Below are positions 25,223 through 38,800 of a stretch of 64,000 bases of DNA, piece by piece (within the stretch, counting starts at the first letter, position 1; each line of letters opens with the position of its first letter). The notes beneath the pieces were generated by a model. It had not been told where the DNA came from. It saw nothing but the letters and a program-made list of their open reading frames with translations, and did no database searches. The translations under genes were made by a program, and so were the position numbers. The stretch comes from the human T2T-CHM13v2.0 reference genome, Homo sapiens: NCBI RefSeq assembly GCF_009914755.1, contig NC_060926.1; one strand, written 5' to 3'.

Positions 25223-27439
25223 GTATGTACAAAAATGTGTAACAGATATATAAAATATTAAAATGTTTAAATATATGAATAATATGTAAATAAATATGTG
25301 TGTATTTGCTTAATTCAGTGTATTTTGGGAAGATTATCTGGGAAATCATAAAAATAATGGAAATAATCTATGTATATCAAAAGAAATTAAAACAAAAACA
25401 GAAGCAAATTTCAGGGATGGTTAAACTTGACTTCCTCTAATAGTGGAGTAATGAGTGCTGCCTTTCTACTTTGGCGTATTTTTACAAAATTAACAAATGA
25501 GCAAATATTATATATATCTCTTGGAAAAAATACTTTCAAAGACTTGCAATTCTTAGGAGAAAATTTGCAGCAAAAGCAGAGGAATGTAATCATTATATAT
25601 AACTAAGATAAACATAAATCCACTGCACTAAAGAATTCACAGTTTAAAAAAGTGCTCTGGAAACATAAATTCTGATAAAATCTGTTATAATAAAATAAAG
25701 CAATTCATGAGTACATAAGACTTTTTAATTTCTTTTTGCTTTGAAACCACTGTTTCCCATTCTGTACATGTCAAATCAAGTTAGTGATTCTTGTTAATGA
25801 CAAATGCATAATGTACATATATGTATTTTTAAGTGGATAAATCATTATTTATGTTTGTATAGATGTATATTATTTCCATTTGTGTGCATACATAATATTT
25901 ATATGTGCATATTATGTATAAAATATAGGCATATATATACATATTCACAAAAACACTAATTATAAATGTACATATATATTCACACTCATTGTAAATGATC
26001 ATATCTGCTAAGATCAAATTAAAAGGCTATTTTGGATCCATATGTCATTATATTAAGTGTAGCAATTATTCATTGACTACATGATGTATATGTCTTCCCT
26101 AAGGGAGGCTGGATGTGCAGTAATAACCACATTCTCTTCTATCTTTTGAAACTACAAGCTGTGATGATGATTGGGGCCTCTGGTTATTATATGTAATTAC
26201 ATCAAGCAGTCTGACACATATGTGAATCAAGCATTGATTGTGTTGCTTTAACACCATACTATGATCCATGAATATAACTATTCATTTTAAATGATTAGTA
26301 TATTACGAATGGCTGCAGACGGATAGATGGCTTTTAATAGTTCACTTACGTCATCTGCCAATCTTAACAAATGACCAGAAACAGCCACAATTTTTACTTT
26401 AATAATCTTTTAAATCTGGCTTCAAAGTGGAAGCTTTTAGATTTTAGAAGTTCATTTTGCATCTTAAAATACTGCCTATTAAATACTGTGTACAAAATAA
26501 TTTATTTTAATGTGTTCTTATAATTGTGTTGTTTGATACTAAACATAAGCAACCTATTTTTTTCAAAATAAATATTTAGCAAATTGCTTGAAAATACTTC
26601 CATGAATATTGTTTTATGTTTACTATTTGTTTACAAGAATATTTGTTGTCAAATTAAATATGGATTAATCATTTAACAATTAATAGCAACAGAGCAAATT
26701 ACAGAAGCAGACGCACTTTGTTGATTTGTTTTCACAAAGTGAAATAGAATGATGTTAAAAAGAAATGAAGTTATTTGATTTAGAAAATGGCAAAATCAAA
26801 ATATCTGACTGGCAACACTGAAGTTCTCACACAGAGAAAAAGAAAGATGAAAGAGTTGCTATTTTCAGAGCACAGTGATCACAGAGCTCTAAAAAGTTTT
26901 GCAATGCTGGAGTTATGAGAAACGTCAAGGATTTCATTTAATTATAAAAGAATGGTTAGGGAACATTTGAGTCAAAATACGTCAAACCCAAATAAGTGGC
27001 GTAGATATTTTGCTTTCATAAATTGTCACTGTTGAAAATTTTTAACCCTTATGTTTATATATTATGTATATTGAGAATTACAGCCAAATTGAGATTAATA
27101 AACCTATTGCTTTTTCCATGGTGGGGGGAATAAACAACTTTGTAGCTAATACAGGATCAACATTTTCAGAGTAACTTGTATGCAGAAGTTGTGTTCTTGA
27201 CTTCGCAAGTTAGTACTGCCTCCATCAGTAACAATGAAAATTTCTTAGGGAAGGCAAAGGAGAGCTTGGTTTGACACAGTTATCAATGTCCACAGATGTG
27301 TGTGAGAATTGAAGATGTTTATGTTTATAGTTTACAGTATGTTGTGTTAATAAGAGGTTTGACTTTAATCACATTTATTAAACTAAAGAAGAACAGAAGC
27401 TACAAAGGAGATAAAAGTAAGTACAAATTACATTTAAAG

Positions 27440-27550
27440 TGTTGATTTAAATAAACAGGAAGTCATTAGCCTAAGGCTGTCTCTGTACTTTGAATTCTAT
27501 GTAACAAACTGGAACCTAGTGTTGTACATAAACAAACTGAAACAATTTAG

Positions 27551-27587
<37 letters not shown>

Positions 27588-27917
27588 TTTGTGTATGTGT
27601 ATAGTAACAAATAGCCAGGTTTCAGCCAATTATAAACAGCCCGATCAGTTTCAGCTAATGACAGCCAACTGATCAGACTACATGCAAATAATGCAAATAC
27701 TCTCACACGGTACCCAAATAATGCAAAGACCTAGTCGTGACTAATCAGGTGATTTCTCTACTTTATCTTTGTGTTGAGTCTATAAAAGCTCACTGCTCAA
27801 GCTGTTGGCAGAGCTCTCTGACCTTCTTCTGGGTCTGAGTGCTGCCCAATTATTGACTCATTATTTGCTTAAATAAACTCTGTTAAGTTTAATATGTCTA
27901 AAGTTTTTGTTTTAACA
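27440..27917 (+). mobile_element. ERV1 solo LTR (MER57/LTR54 group) containing (GT)n
   Basis: TG...CA ends, CCAAT-like 'cagccaat', TATA 'ctataaaag', and terminal 'aaataaactctgttaagtttaatatgtctaaagtttttgttttaaca'. Confidence 0.85.
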
Positions 27918-30375
27918 AAAATAAGCAGGTTTCAATTTTCCATTCCTCCATGATCATCTTCTTCATATTCTCCTCTACCTGGAAATATATTCATTAGGTT
28001 TGCCAGAGAAATGAAGATAGAATCAAAGAGAGAAGCCAAAATTCTAAAGGAACTCAGAAATGCTTGATATGATGAAAAACTAAAAACATCAGGAGAGTTT
28101 ACACTGGAGAAGAGATCATGAAGGACAGTGAGGGGTCTCAGTGGAACAAAAAACGTCAACTTTCTTTTCTGCGTCCATGGAATAAAAGATGTTACTTACA
28201 TAAGAGATCTTTCTCTTACTTGACCGTTTCCACATTTCTGTTATCATTTAAGGCTTTGCTGCTACCATATTCTCTACATAGTTTGATTTGATTATTTCTT
28301 ATCTAGAAAACTAAATTCCATCAATGTGTATATGTTTATAAAAAGCATTTTTTATCTCTAACGTTTGATGTTACTTTGATACATGAATTAGCGAGATTTT
28401 TAGAAACAATAGCTGTGATTTTTTTACTAGCACATTGCAGTAAAGAAAATATTTTTATAAATGCCCATGGACAAATTGATTGAGTTGATAAATGAACAAC
28501 ACAATTAATTTATATTTAAAATACAGATTAAATTACTCATAAGCATAAAAAAGAACATTTGAAATGAATTCCCATTTCTCTGCTATCAGATGGAGGTTAT
28601 TTTTGTGTTGTTCATTAAACAGGAAAGACGCAAAAAATTCAAACTTCTATATAGTAGTTAGACTAGATATCATTTAATATCTATTACTGTTTTAAAAAAT
28701 TATTCTCATATAAAAATAAAGAATTGACAAATATAAGTAACGTAACAAATTATATTCATCAACTTTCCTTGTGAAGGACTCTTATCCTTATAGACACATC
28801 TATCTAATAGCACTTCCTGTATATGTAAACGTGGTCCAGTCTCTCTATTCATAGAGTTGTGTACATGTGGTTGACATTAAAATGTGTTAAATGCTAATAA
28901 AATGCCAACCTTTGTGATTTTTCACCTTTTTATTTTACCCTGGGCTAAATAAAAATGACCTGTGACACTGGTAACTTTATCCTATATACAATGTCATCTA
29001 AGCTGTATTTGCACAAGAACAAGTCAAACTTCTTTGTTCTTTCTTTTATTAAAAAACATTGAGGAATACCAAAGTAATGCCCAAAAGTACTGTGGAAATA
29101 AATAGAAGAGTAATTCACAAGAGTACTGCGCAAATAAGTAGATACATGCCTTACTCAATTTCAGCTGTAAGTGCTTCAGCTGTGACCTCTGTGTACTGAA
29201 CGCACATCTGCAATTCTGTCCAGTAGTCTTGCACCAGAATATCAAGTGCTGAACTCATGATTTCAGCCATAAAATAGTTCTTTTTCAAAATGCTTCTGCC
29301 TTTTGAATATTATTTTATCTCTCCGTCCAACTTTGAAATGTTATGCCTTCAGTTGGTTGTAAATGGTTTTTGCAGATAATATAAAATGTTTTATTTCTTT
29401 GGAGTCCTTCTAAAACAACTAAATAATATTTATTTAGAAAATTAAAACTTAAATTGGCCTACCAGTGCTAAACAGGTAATTTAATTCATTTTTCATAATA
29501 TAGAAGTGCCCCAATTCATGTCTATCACTCAGACTGTTTATTTGTCTAATTTTCTTTTGTTGTACACTTTGGATTTACCTCCATTTATGTTTCTGGATGA
29601 GGAAAAAATGATAAAGTTGTACAATATAAGGAAAGGGGAAATTAAGAGTTTAATTTTTCAACCAATGAAAACTGTATTATCATTTTATTAGTTAAAAATA
29701 AAGTTATCTAAGCATTAACAAGGGAAAACATGTATTTTCTGGCTTTAAAGTAAAAGCGTGTATTACATTTACATGATTTTTGTTTGAAATTTGTAGCAAT
29801 TACATAGGGTCAAATAATTTAAAAGACTCATGATAGTCCAGTCTCAATAATGGCAGATGGCATGGTGCATTAGAAAAGAGAAAGTGAGGCAAACAAAAAG
29901 TGTCCCAAGACTTCAGGCATGACTCACCAGGGCATGTTTTTTTTTCAGTTGTTAAATATTTCTGTTGCATTTGAATTAGTAAATCACCAAGATACCTGTG
30001 AGATAACTGGATGTCAAGGAGCAAAAGCACAAGATTATTGAGGAGTTTTTTTTGTTTTCTACTGGTCATGTTTCTAAAGCCAACTCTATAATTTGTTAAG
30101 CCAGAGGCAAACCATCAATGTGTATATTTTTAATAAATAATGTAGACAAGCTAGTAAAGTTATCTTCTAGGGGACTTTCAGACTTTAAACAGCATAGTAT
30201 AAATTGCTGCTAGGATATTTTATGCTAAACTTGGCTAAGGGTCAGTTCCATGGTTTCAGGGATCTCAGAAATAAGCATAGACAAATCACAGACCAGCTGC
30301 AAGTTAACCCTATTTTTAACTGTAACTAAATTTACAAGTAGTGTGCTGAGAAACATAATCCATATACATGTTACT

Positions 30376-30752
30376 ATTTTTTTTTAATTTTATGTTCCAA
30401 GATACATTTGCAGGATGTGCAGGTTTGTTACATAGGTAAACGTGTGCCATGGTGGTTTGCTGCACCTATCAACCCGACACCTAGGTATTAAGCCCAGCAT
30501 GCACTAGCTATTTTTCCTGATGCTCTCCCTCAACATTCTCCCTGACAGGCCCCAGTGCATGTTGTTCCCTTCATGGTGTCCATGTGTTCTCATTGTTCAG
30601 CTCCCATGTGTAAGTGAGAACATGCAGTGTTTGGTATTCTGTTCCTGCATTAGTTTGCTGAGGATAATGGCTTCCAGCTTCATTCATGTCCCTGCAAAGG
30701 ACATGATCTCATTCCTTTTTATGGCTGCATAGTACTCCATGGTGTATATGTC
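30376..30752 (-). mobile_element. L1PA7-10-like 3' end, 5'-truncated
   Basis: 'gtgcaggtttgttacataggtaaacgtgtgccatggtggtttgctgcacctatcaaccc'. Confidence 0.92.
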
Positions 30753-31775
30753 CTATTTCTTATAGTAACAGCAATGGATTTTTGTACTGCACACCCTGGC
30801 AGTTAAGTTTTTAAGATGACAGCCCTTCTTGGAATGTAAGGATAATAATAAAAGTAGCTGTCCAAAATGGTGAATTGGAAGCATAATTAATTCATTGGCT
30901 TTCATGTTTAATCTAAAAATTGTAGTTGTTGAAAGAGATAGTGGTTTGTTTCTACAAACCCTTCATTGCCTTTGAATTCAATGTGGAGACACTGAACAAG
31001 GCCCTTTACCGTTATTATTTAATCAAAATAATAAAATGAATTGGGTGTGTTCTAGTTACTCATGACTTAACAAAAAGTCAGAGAGGCTGAAAACATTTTG
31101 GCAAAGAACATAAAGATACTAAGAAGTGAAGTTTGTATCTAAAATCTTTTCTCAGAGACCATATTTATCAGGTTTATTTGTTCTACCACTTGTCTGTTGC
31201 ATGAGTACCATAAACATCCACATTTTGCCATAAAATTTTATTTAATGTGCATTCTTACTGTCAACTTTTAATATATTTTTTAAACTTCCATTTATGTAAC
31301 AAATAATTTGAAAGTTAATACAGAAATGCCATGGAATGTATGCTCTAAATTTTGGTCAAAGGACTTTAAGCACAGGTCATGTCACTTACTGCTTCTTTGT
31401 CTTCAGACAAGACAATAAATGCAAACTTTGGTTTTCATGTTTATAGAATAATTGTCCAATAACCTGATTTTTCCACTCAATGCTATTTGCAGTCATTGAA
31501 AAAAAAATTGTCCCCTGTCGATTTGGCAGAAGGTTGTATGTTCTTCTAGTCAGCTCATAACTTGTTTTAGTTTTCTTTTCTTCTACTTCATGAAAAACCA
31601 CTGCTCCAATTATTACATATTTAGTTGTAAAATTGGCTTTAAGAACAATTGGAAAAAAATATGCAGGACATTTAAATAAGAAATGCAGATTTCTAAAAAT
31701 AAATATGAAATATGCTATTAAAAAGCTCAAGCAATATAAAAATAATTCAAATAATTGCAGGTATAAATATAGTTC

Positions 31776-32182
31776 TGTTACTGAAACACCAGGGGTTTAG
31801 TCTAGGTCCTGCTACTCACCGCAAAGAAAGGCAATCACTGAGAAGACAAGTATTGCCAAGGAAGAAGGCTTTAATAGGGTGCTGCAGCAGAGGAGATGGG
31901 AGCTCAGTCTCAAATCCATCTCCCTAACTGATTAAAACTAGAGGTTTATATAGCAAGGAAGAAATGTAACAATATGTAAGAAAACAAGAACTAGGGAGGG
32001 GCATCTGGTGTTGTGGTCTGGTGAGTTTCAGTTCCTTGATACTTTTTATGAGAGGACTGAGGGTGCTTTCCTGAGAAAGGACCTCAGATAAAACAAATAC
32101 AAGTTTCAAGCTTTAACAGCAGAAGGGTCAATTTCTATGATTATCAACAAGAACAGTCAGTGGGAGTATTGGGCGGGTTGCA
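31776..32182 (-). mobile_element. ERV1 solo LTR (MER83/MER84-like) with 4-bp TSD
   Basis: tgtta...ttgca termini flanked by gttc at 31772-75 and 32183-86. 'agaagggtcaatttctatg' is a MER83/84-like motif. Confidence 0.85.
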
Positions 32183-33262
32183 GTTCCACTATAAACTAAC
32201 TAATAAGGCAACCAAATCTAGAAGAAAGCATTCTGAAGTTATTTAATTAAGAAAATGATACCTTAGAAATTATGTAGCCTGAAGATAAATGTATATATTT
32301 CTATATACATATATGTCTATATATTTATAGTCTATATATGGTCTATATATATTTAAAGTATAAATAAAATATAATTCTATGTATTTTATATATTTCTATG
32401 TATATATTCAATATATATCAAGAGATATATTTTATTTATATTTTAAATATGACTAATATGAATGTGACTATCAAAGTTTGAAGCAAATTAATTGACCAGA
32501 TGTCATAAGTTCTAAACCAAATATCAACTTTGGTTGCATGTACCTATAAAAATATGACTTTTCTAAAATATCACAAAGATACCAGATTTAGAGACAGATA
32601 CATAGGTAAAATTAATCGATGTTCTTACTGCAAACAAACAGTGTTTCTATTTATTTTCCTTTTAAAAATATAGAAGCATGCAGAATTCCTGCAGGAAATT
32701 GTTAACAAGCAAACAAAATTGGGGAAGACAACTTCTACCAAAAGTTTTAAAAAATTTTAAAACACAAAGTATGACAGACAAAGTATGTTAGATTGGAACA
32801 ACTGCAGGAGGGTAGGAAAATATTCAACCCAAACTCTGACTCCATGCATGTTACTCATTAAAGCTAGAATAAAAACCAGTATATGTTTTCTGTACTGGTG
32901 TATCTTCACCCACATTCACTGATCTGCTTTCCGTGCTTTCCCTACTCTCCCTTCCCTTCTAGGAAACCTGTCAATCTACAGCCAGCTCAGAACCTCAGTA
33001 CTATAATCCATGCAGTTATTGATATAAAGAAGCTGAGAATCTAGTCAGATGAAGTAACTCATAGCCTTATATTAGAAATAGGCTGCTTTTCCTAAATGTA
33101 CAAATTACTTCCCGCTTATATCAACTCCTTAACAAGTGCTTAAGACAATCATATTCTCCTCTTAACACAGCCATATGACTTTTCTTGTGTTCATTTGAAT
33201 CTACTGCAATAGAAATATGATACATTCATGAAGATACACTTAAATAAAAGTTTTATGATAGC

Positions 33263-33792
33263 CAGACATGTGTTGCTTAAAGATGGAGAGAATTCAGGTT
33301 TGTAAAATTAGCAGGCATTAATATGAGTTAAAACAAATACAATCTTCCATTGTAACATTTCATTATCTTCTTTAGTTTATATCTCCTTCTAGTTATAAAT
33401 AAATAAAGACGTGTTGCTTAAAGGCAGAAATATGTTCTGAGAAATGTGTCATTAGCTGATTTCATTTTTGTGAGAAAATCATGGAATGTATTTACACAAA
33501 CCTATATGGTATAGCCTACTACACACTTAAGCTGTATGGCACATTCTGTTGCCCTTAGGCAACAAACCTGTACAGAATGTGACTGTACTGAATGCTGTAG
33601 GCAATTATAACACAATGTTAAGTAGTTGTGAATACAAACATACCTAAACATACCTTAGCTTTTCTAAAAGTACAGAAAAAACACAGTATGAAAGATGAAA
33701 AGGGGTACACCTATATAGGGCAGCTCCATTATAATCTAATGGGACTATCATTGTATATGTGATTTGTCATTGGCCAAAACATAGCATGACTG
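33263..33792 (+). mobile_element. Tigger3 (MER7/Golem) non-autonomous DNA transposon
   Basis: TIRs 'cagacatg...' and '...catgactg' followed by TA. Internal 'ttctgagaaatgtgtcattag', 'acacaaacctatatggtatagcctactacacac'. Confidence 0.9.
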
Positions 33793-34759
33793 TACATCTA
33801 CCTACTATGAGTGAAAGACAAGGTGAGTAGATGTGCAATGACAAAATATGATAATTTGAATTTGTTTCCCATTAGAAACAATGATTATTGGAGGATTCAT
33901 GTGATACTTCTACCATTTTGCACACTAACTCCAGAATCCATTTATATGCCACAAAATTTTTCCTGATAGTTTCAAGTTCATTTGACTCCTTTCCCCTCTG
34001 CAATTACTATTACTTTTTTGTTTTCCCCTCTGAGACAAGTCAATGTTAAATATGTTCTATGCATCAAATATAGGAGAGACGAGATCAAAATGTTTAAAAC
34101 AAAAAAATGGACCCTACTAAAAGATAATATTGTCAAATTAATGCTAATACCTATCTAGAATAGTGCCTAATTCCAGGAAACAAAGAGAAATCAATGTTTA
34201 TGAAGGCAAATTTAATGTTAATCTGCTACCACTTAAGCAGAGATCAGAGAATTCTGCAAAATGTGATTAAATGTTGATTTAATGTGACCTTATCTTTTAA
34301 TTCAAATGCTTTCTTATTTTTCTTGTACAACCAGATTTTTTTTCATATCGAACACAACAAAATCAAGTCATGCCTGTTGTTGTACCACTGAATTCTGGGC
34401 ACCAGAGAAGATACATATGATGACAATAATATTCATATAAAATAATGGATACTTTGATCTTGGACACCTATGGTAACCATATACCATCCTCTTTTGATTA
34501 TTCTAGAAAGTTTTATGCATGCCCACATAATTTCCATCTGCAGCTTCATCTTGAATCGGTAGCATAGGCATGAAGAAAACATACAGAATCTTTTTTTTGT
34601 CAAGAAAGAAAATGAAAGAGATTTAATATATCTGATTATCAAAGAAACTTCCCAAACTATTGACATATTAGAGAAAAAAGGTATGCCAATTCTGTTGGTG
34701 TTGGGGGAGGGTATTATAACAATTAGTTTCTAGCTTTTTAAATTTCCAAATGAGCCAAA

Positions 34760-34974
34760 GTGTGTATACATACATATATAGATGTGTATATATATACATC
34801 TATATATGTATGTGTATATATATATACACATCTATATATGTATGTATATATATACACCTATATATGTATGTGTATATATATACACACACACATATATAGG
34901 TGTATATATATATATACACACATATATAGGTGTATAGATATACACCTATATATATATATACATGTATATATATA
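34760..34974. repeat. Alternating purine-pyrimidine (TA/TG/CA) tandem repeat, ~28-30-bp degenerate units
   Basis: Directly visible. Confidence 0.92.
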
Positions 34975-36599
34975 TTTCTGTTTGATTTTCACTTTTAACC
35001 TCAATATTTTCTTCTTCCTGTTTTTCTTCACTAGCAGAAATATTCATTATTTATTATAGGCAATTCCATTGCTTATGCTCTTTCTTCTCTTCTCTGGGCT
35101 TACAGAATCCTTCCCTATCCCGTTTGGCAGTGCTTTCATCCAGTGGCACGTAATAGCATCAAGATGTTCCAAGCCATGGTTCTCTACTTGGCAGTACAAT
35201 CCTGTACAGCTTATTCCTTCAGTGACAGCTACAGAGTGATAAATAGTTTAAATGTCTGTGTCCAAGGCACAGAAGCACGTAGTAAATTGCTTGCTCTTTA
35301 GAGATTTTCAGATTTAAAAAAAATAAAACAAGCCTAAGACGGCTGGGGGGCAAAGAGTACGTTCTTAATCATTACATTTAGAGAAAACACGCAACTTAGA
35401 ACATTCTTGTGGAAAAGCAAACTCGTATAGGATATTGAAGGTCCACTAATTAAACCAAACTGATTTTAATTTTTAAGAACCCTTGGCTATTTATAGATTA
35501 TTGAGTTCAGTACATATACTTGAGCTAAGTATATATTTCCAAAATACAAAATAAAGGATATCAGGTGAATAAAATAAGCTAGTAAATATGTCAAACATGT
35601 TAATTGAACAACTTTCAAGAATAACAAATTGGTTGGTTTAAAGATTCTAAGAGTACAGGTATTATGAAAATATGAACTGAATTTGGTAAACCAATCAGAA
35701 CAGACAGCTAATTATAGCATTTTTTAATATTGCTGACTTTAATATATACCTATTATAACTCTACATTATCTTAACTCTCAATACTTCAATTATTATTGCA
35801 AGCAGCTCCCACAGAAAGCAAACTTTGTATTGTATCTTTGAATCATTTACTTAAAAGATGGAAATCATCAGTCATTTTAGACAAATGCAGTTTAAGTGAA
35901 AATAGTGGAATGTTTACACTAAGCTTCAATTTTCTCTCTTCCTGTGATTGTATATCATCTCAGGAAAGATCAGAAGAAATGTAATGGCCTCCAAATCACT
36001 TATAATTTCACAAGATCACCAAATTTTTCTACTGTTTCCAAATAAAAACAAAACATTTCCATTGTCCCATTGAGTTATTTGTATTAAATAAATAATCAAA
36101 AATTAAATTGCATTTATACTTCTTCTCCAGACAATTTTTTCACAGAGAAAAATTTTCAGCAGCATATGTTTGCATTTCTATTTTATAAAAAATAGTATGT
36201 CAGATATATCCACTTTAATAACATGCATCTGAACTCTTCACTTTTCTTTTTCCTTAAAATATTATCCTGCAACATAAATTATTGGTTTAAATTTTCACCA
36301 AAGTCAAAATATAAATTTATTTAATTTTGGGCAAATATATGTGTGAGTGTATGTATATATACATAGGTACATGCATATGCATATATACAATGATACATAA
36401 GATACATATACATATGTATCTACATATATGTAGATACAGATTCAATTCTGTATATAAAATGTGATCACACTCATCAAGCTCACTGTCCTCATCACACTTT
36501 CCATCATCTTGAATCAGTGGTCTGATTAAAATGGCTATTTAAATATTCTGTTATGTCACCTTTCAGGACTATAGTTGATCTAATCCAGTCATTATTATA

Positions 36600-37560
36600 A
36601 AATCCTCTATCTCTTATAACCAGAATTTATAAGTCCAGGAGTCAAGGAATAGAAATGGGATGTGCTCTCTTTTTTTTCTTTTATATCTGTAGAAAATATT
36701 ATCTCTTCCTTCTTCTTGGGCTCTGCAGGTTGAGAGGTCTTAGTTACCACGAGAGAAATGTTTTCACCAGGGGACATGCAATGGTTCCACTTAACGGGAA
36801 GATAAATCTAACACTTGGCAACTTTAAACCACTACATGCCAGTGGATCAACCCATTCTTGTTATCTAGAGGTATTGGGCAATGAAAGTTATTCTATTGGC
36901 ATAGGTGATTGGTTGTGATTATTAAGAAGAAACCACGTGAAGTAACTAATTTGGGTTGAAGAGGAGGAAGCCTAGAATGTAGGAAATTTCCTGGAATGCT
37001 GTTACTGTATTCATGTGCTGTGATTAATGTCAATGGAAAACCAAAACAAACCAATACAAGCAGGACTGCTAATAGCCCATATTAATTAGAAGTGAAGATT
37101 TGGGTCACCCTACACAATACTAAAATACAGCCTGGGTTCTTGTTGAGGACAAAAGGAATATGGAATGGCTGGTAGAGTAAGGTGCTTACATAAGTGACTA
37201 CTGCAACCACATAAACAATTCCAAAAACAAGGACTAAAATCCTTGAGTTCTTATTTCAAAGGAATACATTTGTCAACATATTTATCATTAATTTCCTCTC
37301 TCTCTCATCTCCCTATTATTTAAGATGTGTTAGTAGTAGTTGATCTTATATATTAGTGTTTAAGTTACAAAGTGCAACTTAGCAAAAAAAATTGATAATA
37401 CTCAAATATAGATATAGAAATATTTTATACTTTTTAGCTGGGAAAGTTAACACACTTATTTTTCAGTTATAGTGTCATCATGTATAGTAGTAAGTAATAT
37501 TAATCATATTTGATAGTAACATAGTTAAAAGAGTTGTATGTGCCAAATTGACTAAGGATA
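36600..37560 (+). mobile_element. ERV-L 3' internal region (decayed dUTPase/pol end) plus PPT
   Basis: 'MVPLNGKINLTLGNFKPL' resembles ERV-L dUTPase 'MIPLNWKLRLPPGHFGLL'. Also 'gtcaatggaaaa' (VNGK), 'atttgggtcacc' (WVT) and PPT-like 'gccaaattgactaagga'. Confidence 0.8.
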
Positions 37561-37563
37561 GAT

Positions 37564-37668
37564 TGTTACGATTTTGACATGTATCGAACTACTTAAACTA
37601 GAACCATGTTTTCCTAAATCCCTTCTCATTATGTTTCTAATCTAGGTTTGGCTCAAAGGGAAATTTTT
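37564..37668 (+). mobile_element. 5' part of an ERVL-class LTR (LTR52/53-like, tentative)
   Basis: Follows the PPT: 'tgttacg..aaactagaaccatgttttcctaaatccctt'. Confidence 0.5.
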
Positions 37669-37669
37669 A

Positions 37670-38052
37670 CTGGAAAAGAATTTGGGATGCACCGAGTTTG
37701 AGTACCCCAAAAGGCTGGCACATTGGCTTTTTGCCCTCACTGACAGAGGGCCGCCACCCCATGTAATGAGGCAAAGGGCCCACTGAGCTGATAACACACT
37801 GCTGTCTGTGGATGCAGGGCTCAGAGAGCATTGTAACACACCTTGTGGGGCCTTGGGGTCACAGGCATCCCCACCTGGACACTGCTGCAGGGCCTGCATG
37901 GAGTTTGCTCCTGTGGGCGCCAAAGTGCCAGCTGTCTCCCGCACTCCCTTGCCTACATGGTCCATCCCAGGAAGGGATGAGCATGGCAGGCTGAATAAAC
38001 AGGGAACCCCGTCACAAGTCCTACGAAGGGGTCAAGCAAATATGCTGCATCA
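37670..38052 (+). mobile_element. 3' part of GC-rich ERV1 LTR (LTR1/LTR27/LTR28 group)
   Basis: 'cccactgagctgataacac', 'gagagcattgtaacac', ending 'gtcacaagtcctacgaaggggtca..tgcatca'. Confidence 0.7.
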
Positions 38053-38329
38053 CTTGCAGAGGTAATATTAGGGAGAAAACAGACAGAAGGAAATGTCATT
38101 TTAAAAATGTATAATTTGGGGGGCAATGGTACAACATTTAAACACACTTATGTAAGTTAAAATATAAGACTACATATGTTAGTGGAGTCAGACAATAAAC
38201 AAAAGCTAAAAAAATGAAAGCTCATTGGAGAATGAATCATCAAGAAATTACTTAGAAACATAATTCTTCTGGTAGAAGGAACAGGATTCTTCGTGACTAA
38301 TTGTTCTCATGCATGTTATTACCTATAGG

Positions 38330-38800
38330 GTGTTTGTTTATTATCCACTTACTTGCTATGAGGTTTCATGATTTTCAAGAAGTTGATCATGACCTCTGAA
38401 TTATTTTTATGTATAACAAAATTGTACTCCTGTTCATGATTTCATAGTACCTATCGCAGTACCTAAAATTTATTTCTTGATGCTAGAGTGTAAATTCCCC
38501 AAGGGCTAAAACTTTACCCACTATATTCATTAATACATTCCCATCACTAGAAGAGTGACTAGTTTTTCAATTTTTCAACAGATACTTATAAACTACATGT
38601 TATTGACTAGGGAAATCATGTTTAAAAAAAGCAGATATGTATTCTTACCTTTCTGAGGCTTACAGTCTATTTGGAAACAATAGACAATAAATAAGATATA
38701 TAAGTGCAATATATCTGACGGCAGATTGTGATAAGAGTTATGAAAAAGGTAAAGCTGAAAGAAAATATAAAGATCTGAGGCCTCGTCTTAAAACAGATTT
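38330..38800. mobile_element. L2 3' fragments in both orientations
   Basis: 'ctagagtgtaaattccccaagggc' (+) and 'ttcaacagatactta..gaggcttacagtcta' (-). Confidence 0.45.

Noticed and set aside
35075-35240. Strong-looking splice acceptor 'tctttcttctcttctctgggcttacag' at 35105
   Set aside because: No convincing partner donor or ORF, so an exon is unsupported.
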